Shown: piece after piece, positions 1 through 8,090 of the stretch | Position numbering within the stretch: the first letter of the stretch is position 1 | Layout: each line of letters starts with the position of its first letter | Sequence record: SRR31156797_292 | Direction: 5' to 3' (one strand) | Length of the DNA: 40,176 nt | Translations under genes and position numbers: made by a program | Notes under the pieces: generated by a model | Told to the model about the DNA's origin: nothing | Database searches by the model: none | The model's input: only the letters and a program-made list of their open reading frames with translations

Positions 1-157
1 AACGCTGATTAGACGGATTAAGCGGATTATGCTGATTATGTAAAACTGATATTAAGCCTGGTTTATATTATTTAAAGTTTAAAACGAAGATAACCAGCGA
101 CAAGTAGAGGTTTAAGAAAAATCCGCGAAAATCTGTTTTATCCGTTTAATCTGCGTT
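1..157. repeat. Imperfect inverted repeat built from ~9-nt periodic units (REP/MITE-like); left arm probably cut by the window edge
   Basis: Left arm 1-37 is aacgctgatt-agacggatt-aagcggatt-atgctgatt. Right arm 120-157 is aatccgcga-aaatctgtt-ttatccgtt-taatctgcgtt, an approximate reverse complement. The spacer is about 80 bp. Confidence 0.75.
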
Positions 158-167
158 CCATTTTATT

Positions 168-245
168 AGTCACGGCGTGAATACTTAATTTTTGCTCATA
201 GTTAAAATTATTGAGCATTTTCAATTTTGAATTCACACCGTGACT
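168..245. repeat. Long imperfect hairpin just downstream of the amidase stop
   Basis: agtcacggcgtgaat (168-182) pairs with attcacaccgtgact (231-245) at 14/15 positions. There is an inner stem tgctca (193-198)/tgagca (212-217). Confidence 0.7.
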
Positions 246-255
246 TTGGTTAATT

Positions 256-1083
256 TCAATCAAAATCAATATAATCTCCGGCTACCCAGCCCTCTATTTC
301 TGTGCGGACCTTATACCATCCGGCATGTTCCTCCAATATAGTAACCAATGTGCCCTGCTCTAGTGCCTCTGCTATTTTAGCCGCTTTAATGCCTGGCATT
401 TCCCTTATGTTTAAATAAGGAACGCTTACCGTACCTACATTCCCGGGCGTAATTTTATCAACGGCATCGCGGTGGCTCAAAATTCGATTTCGCAATTGGT
501 CTAAAGGAAAAGCCGGTCCGGGATCAATTTTACGATCGGGAGAAATTTCTTCATGACCTAAAATTTCTTTAATGGCCGGATAACGTTCAATTAAGGCTTC
601 ACAAATTTGGCTAACTGTATCTATCTGCGTTTCGGTAAACATATGCCAATATTTTGAAGTGGATTCATTTCTATGCACAGCCTCAATTACTTCATCTTCG
701 TTGTATTTCTTTCCAAACCACGACACATATTTGTTTCCGGCTTTTTTCAATACTCCGGCATTATCAATTTCAATCCCAATACTGTACTTATTATAACCGG
801 AACGATCGTTATAGCTACTTTCTCCGGCATGCCATGATATTATATCAAATGGCACCAGCTGATATACATCTCCACCACGATCAACTACTAAATGAGCAGA
901 AGCTTTCACACCATTTTTACTCAAATAATCAGCAGATGATTCTCCACTGCTTCCTCCGGTGTAATGAATAATGATAGAATCAGGCATTCCTGCATCAAAT
1001 GGCTGCGTATTTTTAGGACAATCCTTTTGAATGACCTTATCACCAATCAGTTTATGATCAGTAGAAACTGAGAAATTACCCAT
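256..1083 (-). CDS. N-acetylmuramoyl-L-alanine amidase (Amidase_2/AmpD-like) with C-terminal SH3b domain
   Basis: Motifs IIIHYT, SAHLVV, SWHAG, SIGIEI and GHEEISPDRKIDPG. SH3b-like tail LNIREMPG...GWYKV...GWV. No signal peptide. Confidence 0.9.
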   Translation of the reverse strand: MGNFSVSTDHKLIGDKVIQKDCPKNTQPFDAGMPDSIIIHYTGGSSGESSADYLSKNGVKASAHLVVDRGGDVYQLVPFDIISWHAGESSYNDRSGYNKYSIGIEIDNAGVLKKAGNKYVSWFGKKYNEDEVIEAVHRNESTSKYWHMFTETQIDTVSQICEALIERYPAIKEILGHEEISPDRKIDPGPAFPLDQLRNRILSHRDAVDKITPGNVGTVSVPYLNIREMPGIKAAKIAEALEQGTLVTILEEHAGWYKVRTEIEGWVAGDYIDFD

Positions 1084-1540
1084 AATATTTCCTCCTATCT
1101 TTTCTTTTCAAAAAAGGTACATCAATTTTATTGGTTACGGTTGCAGCTACTTTCTCTGTTGAACGGCCTATGATATAGCCACCAACTCCAAGTTTAAGCA
1201 ACTCCCAAAACTTAGGATTTAATGTTTCTGATACTCCTAACTCACCATCATCCAATAAAAAGGCTGGTTCAAAAAAGTATGCATACACCACAATGAAACC
1301 AAAAGCCAGCATTAATATTGGACGCCAGCTGCGCTGTAGCCAATTACCTTTAGCTTCTGTCACTATAACATCACGTTGGGCTTCCTGCATTTTACCCAAT
1401 GCTTCGAAAACCAGTCCTGATAATTCATTTTTAGCTTTTAACTTTTCCTCATCAGTAGTAGATAGATTATCAATCACCTTTCCACTATTTTTCACTAGGT
1501 CTGAGGCACCTTTACTGAAGATTTTAGACAGAAATGACAT
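1076..1540 (-). CDS. 3TM-type holin family protein (GTA holin-like)
   Basis: IDNLSTTDEEKL, EAKGNWLQRSWRP, hydrophobic segments and GGYIIGRSTEK are typical of this family. Overlaps the amidase start by 8 bp. Confidence 0.8.
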   Translation of the reverse strand: MSFLSKIFSKGASDLVKNSGKVIDNLSTTDEEKLKAKNELSGLVFEALGKMQEAQRDVIVTEAKGNWLQRSWRPILMLAFGFIVVYAYFFEPAFLLDDGELGVSETLNPKFWELLKLGVGGYIIGRSTEKVAATVTNKIDVPFLKRKDRRKYYG

Positions 1541-1570
1541 AATAAACTGTTTTTAAAGTTTTTATTCTTC

Positions 1571-1578
1571 CAAAGTTA
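1571..1578 (-). promoter_or_regulatory. Bacteroidota sigma70 -7 element for the holin-amidase pair
   Basis: TAACTTTG on the minus strand, 30 bp upstream of the holin start; matches TAnnTTTG. Confidence 0.55.
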
Positions 1579-1717
1579 AAAAATAAACTTCGTAGTAGGA
1601 ATAATAATTACTATTTGGAGAATAAGACCCAATATTACTATTAATATAACAATCCATATGATAAGTTAAATTATTGTTATTTGGCTGGATTTAAACTACA
1701 CGATACGTGTAATATTC

Positions 1718-1725
1718 TAAATTTG
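1718..1725 (+). promoter_or_regulatory. Bacteroidota -7 promoter element
   Basis: TAAATTTG about 40 bp upstream of ATG 1767. Confidence 0.55.
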
Positions 1726-1766
1726 CTGCCTAAGAATAGATGAATCACTAACAATAAACTACTCAA

Positions 1767-3503
1767 ATGAAAAAACTTATTATCATGTCATTGTTTTTTG
1801 CTGCAATGGCATTCAATTTCACATCATGTGAACTAGATGATGAAGAAGACGGTTCAATAAATCAACAAATCGTCAACGAAACAATAACAACCAATGTAAC
1901 ATGGGAAGCCGGGACATATGTTATTGACGGATCACTTTACATTCAAGAAGGCGGACACCTAACCATTGAGCCTGGTACAATTGTTAAAATGACTGATGGC
2001 AGTAAACTTATTGTAACAGGAACAAACTCACAGCTTACTGCTGTTGGAACGGTTGATTCACCCATTAAATTTACAACCAATTCCAACACACCTTCTGCAG
2101 GAAACTGGGATTATATTAGCTTTGAACAAAATGCTTCAAGTGCCAGTGAACTTTCTCATTGTATTTTGGAATATGGTGGAGGATATGCCAGCTCTTATGG
2201 AGGTATGCTATGGCTGGACGATTCTCATATTACAGTATCAAACTGTACTTTTTCAAATTCAGGTTATCATGGAGTTGAATCTGCAAACGGTTCCTATTTT
2301 TTGAACTTCACTAATAATATTTTTACAGACAATACAGCATATGATGTATCAATTGAAGGTAACTATGCACACACTATTGGAACAGGTAATATTATGAATG
2401 GTAACGGAATACTGGTTGATGGCGACTATTTTGAGCAAACTACTGAAACATGGGTACTTCAAACTGCACCCTACACTATTGATGGTACTTTGTACATTGG
2501 TAAAGACGGAGGAGCTGAATTAATTATTGCTGCCGGTAATACCATTCAGTTTACAGATGGAGGAAAACTTGAAGTTGGTTATGGTAGTTATGGAACATTA
2601 ATTGCCAATGGAACAGAAGAGCTTCCCATACTTTTCACATCATCAGCAGTTCAAAAACAACCCGGACAGTGGGATTACATTGCTTTCTCATCAGAAGCCA
2701 CAAACACTTCAATTTTAAATTATTGTATTATTGAGGCAGCCGGAGGATATGCCTCTTATACGGGATCAGTAGATTTAAATGACTGCAACGTAAATATAAC
2801 AAACACTGAGATCAAGCTTTCTGAAAGTTACGGAATCACACTAAACTCATCAGCGTGGTTTACAACCTTTACAGGAAATAACATCCACGATTGTGGTACA
2901 TATGAAATTGAAATTAATGGTAATTATGTTCATACAATTGGAACCGATAATACCTGGGACGAAGATGGATTGGGTATTAAAGTTGATGCAGATTATTTTA
3001 CACAAAGCGATGAAACATGGTTAGCCCAGTCTGCTCCCTATGTAATAGAAGGGACAATGAATATTGGTTCAGCTTCAGGCTCTATCTTAAGAATTGAAGC
3101 CGGAGCTATCCTTAAATTTACTGAAAGTTCTATAATGGAAGTTGGCTCAGGTGATTTTGGGTCGCTCATTGCAGAAGGAACTGCATCTAATCCAATTATT
3201 TTTACAACAGCAGCCCCTACAGGAGCAGAACAACCAGGCCAATGGGATGGAATCTACTTTGGTAATAATACAGGGAATGGTTCAATTCTGAATTATTGTG
3301 AAATTTCGTATGGTGGAGGTTATGCAACTTCATACAATAATGGTAACATTAATTTATATAATGTTCCGGATGCTCTGCCAACAATTAGTAATTGCACGAT
3401 TTCATATTCAGCCGGATGGGGAATTTACTCTGATGAGTCAAACCCAACGTTAAGCAATAATATATTTATTGGAAACACCAACGGAGATATTGGAAGCAAG
3501 TAA
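1767..3503 (+). CDS. Surface lipoprotein with three tandem right-handed beta-helix (pectin-lyase-like) repeat modules
   Basis: Lipobox FTSC followed by acidic ELDDEED. Three ~190-aa repeats each contain Y(V/T)I(D/E)G, GT...PI.FT, G(N/Q)WD.I.F and C.I..(G/A)GGY. Confidence 0.8.
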   Translation: MKKLIIMSLFFAAMAFNFTSCELDDEEDGSINQQIVNETITTNVTWEAGTYVIDGSLYIQEGGHLTIEPGTIVKMTDGSKLIVTGTNSQLTAVGTVDSPIKFTTNSNTPSAGNWDYISFEQNASSASELSHCILEYGGGYASSYGGMLWLDDSHITVSNCTFSNSGYHGVESANGSYFLNFTNNIFTDNTAYDVSIEGNYAHTIGTGNIMNGNGILVDGDYFEQTTETWVLQTAPYTIDGTLYIGKDGGAELIIAAGNTIQFTDGGKLEVGYGSYGTLIANGTEELPILFTSSAVQKQPGQWDYIAFSSEATNTSILNYCIIEAAGGYASYTGSVDLNDCNVNITNTEIKLSESYGITLNSSAWFTTFTGNNIHDCGTYEIEINGNYVHTIGTDNTWDEDGLGIKVDADYFTQSDETWLAQSAPYVIEGTMNIGSASGSILRIEAGAILKFTESSIMEVGSGDFGSLIAEGTASNPIIFTTAAPTGAEQPGQWDGIYFGNNTGNGSILNYCEISYGGGYATSYNNGNINLYNVPDALPTISNCTISYSAGWGIYSDESNPTLSNNIFIGNTNGDIGSK

Positions 3504-3521
3504 CCTTACTTCATAGTTTTG

Positions 3522-3552
3522 AAGAGCCATTTGGGAAACCGGATGGCTTTTT
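3522..3552. terminator. Intrinsic terminator between convergent genes
   Basis: Stem gagccatttgg-GAAA-ccggatggctt (with G:U pairs) followed by a T-run. Confidence 0.75.
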
Positions 3553-4992
3553 TCATTCAATCCAAATCACAGAATTATGCGTGTTATACTGGTTGGTTTC
3601 GTAATCAGGGTTTGCAGGATCAATGATCCATTCACCATCCACAATAAATTTATAGGCGACTTTACCTTCAGGAATAAATAAATCAAGCTCCCAACGATTA
3701 TTTCGTCGCTTCATTTTATATCCATGGTGAATCCACCCATTAAATGACCCTGTTACAATTACCGTTTTTGCTTTATCATAACCCTCTAAAACAAATGTAT
3801 GATTAGGTTTATATACGAAAAACGAATTTACAAACTCACCGGTACCATGTGTTATTGGATTATCAGGATCAGCAATCCATTGGCCATCTACAACAAATTT
3901 GTACTCGTAATTACCCGGAGCAATATAATATTTGGCCTGCCAGCCACTATTAGTCTTTTTCATACGCACTTCATCACCTTTCCAGCCATTAAAAGAACCT
4001 GCCAAAAATACATTCTTAGCATTTTCATAACCCTTCAAAGTAAAGGTAGCCGGATCACCAATATTCAACACAGAATTATCTGTACCATATTCATTTTCAG
4101 TTACATTTGGATTACCAGGATCAGTAATCCATTGACCATCAACCACAAATTTATAGTAATGTCGTCCGTAGCTCACATAAGCCTTAAGCTCCCACCCATC
4201 TGCTGTTTTTTCCATGTGCGCTTCATTTGAGTTCCAACCATTAAAACTTCCGGCAACAACCACATTATTAGCTTCTTTATAACCTTTTAATCTAAATACA
4301 TGATTTGTCACATACAACACCGAATTCTCAGAACCAACACCATCCGATTCACCTTTTAAATTGGCCGGGTCCTGCATCCAATTGCCATCCACAATAAACT
4401 TATAGTAATACTTGCCTGGTTTCAGATTCATATCAGCATACCAAACTCCATTTGATATAGCCATAGGCTGATCATAAGTAAGCCAATTATTAAATGATCC
4501 TGCTAAAAATACTTCCTCCGCATTTTGATGTCCTTTCAATAAAAATCTGACTGTTTTATTTTGTTTGACTGATTTTTCTTCAAAATTGTTAAACCCGAAA
4601 TAAACAGGACCATTGACATATCCGGGCCTGTCACCAACAAACTTCTCGTCTATTCCGGTTAAAATGTTTACAAGAAACTCTCCAAAAGTCTTCCTTTTTT
4701 GTACAGGCTTGAAAACCCTCAAATGAAATTTATCAAGATGCTCAGCCTCCCAAATCTCACCTTCAACTTCAAATGATTTTTTGCCATTATAAAAGGCGGC
4801 AATCATTGCACTATCTAAATCAAATTGGGTTTTAAGTTGTTCTTGCTGAGCTTTATTCCACCTCAAATCTATCTCAAATACAAGATTCCCATCTTCAATT
4901 TTACAAATTCCCTGTGGCAGTTCCTGGGCATTTAAATTAAATGCCAAAAAGACAAACAGGACACCTAAATATTTTATAATATGCTTCATCAT
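3553..4992 (-). CDS. Secreted protein with four tandem CBM48/AMPK-beta-like glycogen-binding domains
   Basis: Signal peptide ending AFNLNA-Q. Four repeats of F.L.G...A..V...GSFN.W...YKF(I/V)VDG.W..DP.NP. No catalytic domain seen. Confidence 0.85.
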   Translation of the reverse strand: MMKHIIKYLGVLFVFLAFNLNAQELPQGICKIEDGNLVFEIDLRWNKAQQEQLKTQFDLDSAMIAAFYNGKKSFEVEGEIWEAEHLDKFHLRVFKPVQKRKTFGEFLVNILTGIDEKFVGDRPGYVNGPVYFGFNNFEEKSVKQNKTVRFLLKGHQNAEEVFLAGSFNNWLTYDQPMAISNGVWYADMNLKPGKYYYKFIVDGNWMQDPANLKGESDGVGSENSVLYVTNHVFRLKGYKEANNVVVAGSFNGWNSNEAHMEKTADGWELKAYVSYGRHYYKFVVDGQWITDPGNPNVTENEYGTDNSVLNIGDPATFTLKGYENAKNVFLAGSFNGWKGDEVRMKKTNSGWQAKYYIAPGNYEYKFVVDGQWIADPDNPITHGTGEFVNSFFVYKPNHTFVLEGYDKAKTVIVTGSFNGWIHHGYKMKRRNNRWELDLFIPEGKVAYKFIVDGEWIIDPANPDYETNQYNTHNSVIWIE

Positions 4993-4993
4993 T

Positions 4994-5938
4994 TTAATCG
5001 TATAATGCTATGCTCATCATCTTTTTACGCAAATTAATTTTAATCACCCCCAACTTGAAAAAATCATACCCTAACATACCTCCTACATTTATTCCAAAGC
5101 TTTTTCGCATGTTCGACAAGTCCATCATCAACACGTTCATACCATCAAATTTATGATTGGCGATTTGAAAATCGTTCATAATTCCAAATAATACTTCAAT
5201 TCGCTCCTCACTGGCACCTCTTAATCTTGAACGTCCTGTAATTGAGATAGTTTCAAGTACATTCTTATGACTTTGATTATCAATCACATTTCTTTCTGCG
5301 CCAGTATCCAGGCAAAAACAAACTTTTTTGTCGGCAATTGGAATGTAACTCACTATCACATCATTGTACAAGAAAGCTTTTTGTTGAATATCGTAGACAT
5401 TCTTATCCAAATATGGTTCTACCATCTCTCCTTTACGATCAACCTGAACCATTTTCATGCTCATTTTCCTCATATCAATGATTACTTCAAAGTCCTTTAA
5501 AAACTTTGCGCCAATCAATCCTAACACCTTGATTTTCTTTGAGTTTTCCACATGCCTCAGATTAATTACATCAGCATTAATGCCTTCGAATACCAGACCG
5601 GAAAATTCAAATCTTTCAATTTTTTTGGTCATCCGTTTTATATTGGTTCCAGAAATTCCGCCTCCACTTGCGCCATAAGTTGGCTTTCCATCCCTGAAAT
5701 ACGTAGCATTTAAAACCAATCCCGGCGCCCCGGTATCCAATACAAAAGCACCTGAAACGCCATTCACAGTGGCATCAACAAGGAGTAAATTTCCGGCTCT
5801 TTTAAGTGGTACTGTTGTGTTTGTAAGGAAATTAGCATTTTTATATAATACATCTTCATATACCTCTTTACGCTTAGGAGTCACGCCAAAAGTAATCATA
5901 GAAAGCAAAAGATATATGAGCGTATTTCTCATCAACAT
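4994..5938 (-). CDS. Retropepsin-like aspartyl protease with two protease domains
   Basis: Two catalytic motifs, FVLDTGA and FCLDTGA, each followed by a G(L/M)(I/L)G..F motif. N-terminal hydrophobic signal. Confidence 0.85.
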   Translation of the reverse strand: MLMRNTLIYLLLSMITFGVTPKRKEVYEDVLYKNANFLTNTTVPLKRAGNLLLVDATVNGVSGAFVLDTGAPGLVLNATYFRDGKPTYGASGGGISGTNIKRMTKKIERFEFSGLVFEGINADVINLRHVENSKKIKVLGLIGAKFLKDFEVIIDMRKMSMKMVQVDRKGEMVEPYLDKNVYDIQQKAFLYNDVIVSYIPIADKKVCFCLDTGAERNVIDNQSHKNVLETISITGRSRLRGASEERIEVLFGIMNDFQIANHKFDGMNVLMMDLSNMRKSFGINVGGMLGYDFFKLGVIKINLRKKMMSIALYD

Positions 5939-5948
5939 TTATAATCAG

Positions 5949-6332
5949 TTATAATTCCGGATCAACCTGGACAAGGTCAACAGGTATATTTAAAACAGCC
6001 TTTAATTCATGGCCTTTTGTCTCTATTAATCGATCATCTTCTTCGTAATGCCAGATGATTCTTACTTCTTTATCTTTAATGCGTTCTAAAATAAAGAACA
6101 TCTCTACAATTTTCTTAGCTGAAGAAGAATTAAAATACTCCATATTACAGAAAAACTCTGTTTTAGGATTTGGATTTTTTACATATTCTAACAACCAATT
6201 ATATATGGGGGCGAAAAATGCTGTGGCATCCTCCGGCATTGATCTTCCTGATATTTTAAAGATTTGACTCTGTGCATCAAGAATCAATTCAGGAGTATCT
6301 TCAGTTGCATTAAATTGTAACCTTTCAAGCAT
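5949..6332 (-). CDS. SiaC family regulatory phosphoprotein (DUF1987)
   Basis: ATEDTP, ISGRSMPED, F.PI..WL..Y, EYFNSSSAK and WHYEEDD. Paralogous to 15733-16113. Confidence 0.85.
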   Translation of the reverse strand: MLERLQFNATEDTPELILDAQSQIFKISGRSMPEDATAFFAPIYNWLLEYVKNPNPKTEFFCNMEYFNSSSAKKIVEMFFILERIKDKEVRIIWHYEEDDRLIETKGHELKAVLNIPVDLVQVDPEL

Positions 6333-7446
6333 AATAATTAGTGTTTATTCTAACCGTTATCATAAACAGGGATTTCAATTTATCCACCTTTTCAAAATTA
6401 AATTCAAATTTATCAGATGATAAACGCGCAATATCAATTAAGCCAATTCCTGCCCCTCCGTTTTCAGTTTCTTTCCCATTTCTCAGTAGATCAATATAAG
6501 CCGTTCTAAGTTCCTCTTTACTCATACTATTTATCTTATGAAGTAAGGCATTAAAACTCGGGATCCTCTCATTATTAATATAATTCCCGGCACTTATGTA
6601 AAATTCTTTTTGATCTGCAGATAACATAAATATTCCTTCTTTGTAGGCATCCGTTTTAAATCCATGTCTGCTAATATTCTGCAAAAGCTCAACCATTACA
6701 TGAAAGACCTCTTTCATTAAATAGGAATTATTGATAGCAGACATTACGTTCTGCTCCATTATTTTAAGCACAGGAATAATAGACTCTCTGGAAAAGTCTC
6801 CTTTTTGCAAAAGAATGATTTTTTCATCAACTATTTTTTTATGCAACTCAATGGCAAAATCAATATCAAACTCATCATTAGTTATGTTTTCCTGCTCTTT
6901 GGGCGACTTTAAAATTATCTGATTATAAAACAATGAATGCGTTGTACTAAAGTCTCTAAATTGATATCCCAATTGCTGCCCTGATTTCCTGGCCATATCA
7001 ATTAATCCAAGTCCTGCCCCTCCTTTTTCAGAAATTTTCCCTTCTAGCATAACTTTTCTGTACAAAAGTTTTAATTCCTCTTCATTAAGACTATTAACTT
7101 GCTTTAAATGCTCTTCTAAATTCCCAACATGCTGTTTATCAACCAAATTCCCGGAAGTAATATAATATTTATCAGCAGCGCTACGTGCCATAAAAAAACC
7201 AGTTTCCTGGTTTACATTTTTATTTTCCTCAAAATCCCCATGGCGAATGATATTTTGAAAACACTCAGCTAACAGATAAGTGACACGTTTTTTAGTTATA
7301 AGCTCTTCCTCCCTATTATCAACATTATACTCCGATAACTGAATTACACGATCGGTAATATCATCATTAAAGTTACCGCTGTATAGCATACATTGGTGAT
7401 CTTCCTTTAAAGTATTAAAAAACCGTTCTAGTATTTTAGTTTTCAT
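6325..7446 (-). CDS. SiaB family protein kinase with two tandem SiaB domains
   Basis: Two GHKL-like motif sets: ECFQNIIRH/GN/GGAGLGLIDMARKS and ELLQNISRH/GN/GGAGIGLIDIARLS. Overlaps siaC by 8 bp. Confidence 0.85.
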   Translation of the reverse strand: MKTKILERFFNTLKEDHQCMLYSGNFNDDITDRVIQLSEYNVDNREEELITKKRVTYLLAECFQNIIRHGDFEENKNVNQETGFFMARSAADKYYITSGNLVDKQHVGNLEEHLKQVNSLNEEELKLLYRKVMLEGKISEKGGAGLGLIDMARKSGQQLGYQFRDFSTTHSLFYNQIILKSPKEQENITNDEFDIDFAIELHKKIVDEKIILLQKGDFSRESIIPVLKIMEQNVMSAINNSYLMKEVFHVMVELLQNISRHGFKTDAYKEGIFMLSADQKEFYISAGNYINNERIPSFNALLHKINSMSKEELRTAYIDLLRNGKETENGGAGIGLIDIARLSSDKFEFNFEKVDKLKSLFMITVRINTNYYA

Positions 7447-7608
7447 TCAGTCATTTATTGATATTTATAAACATAAAAGTAAAAAAATTAAATGACTAGA
7501 TTATAATAACGAGTAAAACTTTAAAGATAAATTAGAAGTGTTTACAGAAAAAAGTGAAAAGCAGAGAAAGTAACATTAAAAGACAAATTATCTATTGAAA
7601 AAAATCAA

Positions 7609-7953
7609 TTATTGCCTTTCCATTACAAACACACCGCAAACATCATCGTTATCGTAGGTAGATCCAACCAGTTTATTCTCTGAAACCAAAAACACTTCAA
7701 AACAATTTGGTAAGTAAGCTATTTCTTTACCATCCTGCATTGCCTTTACTTCCAGACTTTCCAGTAGCACTTTTCCATCAGAAATAGTTCCCTTTACTTT
7801 CTCAACCACTTCAATTTTATATTCACCTTCAACTTCTTCAGTAAATGAAAAAGTTCCGGTAACATCATTGCCAACCTGCTGCAAATCTGCCTTGCCCCTG
7901 GATGTTCCAAATTCAAAATCTTCGGTGTATATCCAACTACCTGTGATATTCAT
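7609..7953 (-). CDS. Hypothetical small beta-rich protein
   Basis: 114-aa ORF with ATG start, natural composition, N-terminal ITGSW.Y and alternating beta-strand patterns. Confidence 0.7.
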   Translation of the reverse strand: MNITGSWIYTEDFEFGTSRGKADLQQVGNDVTGTFSFTEEVEGEYKIEVVEKVKGTISDGKVLLESLEVKAMQDGKEIAYLPNCFEVFLVSENKLVGSTYDNDDVCGVFVMERQ

Positions 7954-8035
7954 ATAGCTTTAACTCTTTTAAAATGCTTGTTTAATTTGCGTTAAACCTA
8001 TCAATTCCATAGGATTTTTCAAAATTGTTTTTTTA

Positions 8036-8043
8036 TATATTTG
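8036..8043 (+). promoter_or_regulatory. Bacteroidota -7 promoter element
   Basis: TATATTTG about 47 bp upstream of ATG 8091. Confidence 0.55.
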
Positions 8044-8090
8044 TGCCTTTAGAAAACAAAGCACTTATAATTACCTAAAAATCTTTCACG

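Noticed and set aside
1-160. CRISPR array or tRNA at the window start
   Set aside because: Units are only about 9 nt, degenerate and inverted, with no unique spacers. No cloverleaf or cas genes are seen.
256-1540. Intact prophage
   Set aside because: Only lysis-type genes are present; there are no structural, replication or integrase genes in the window.
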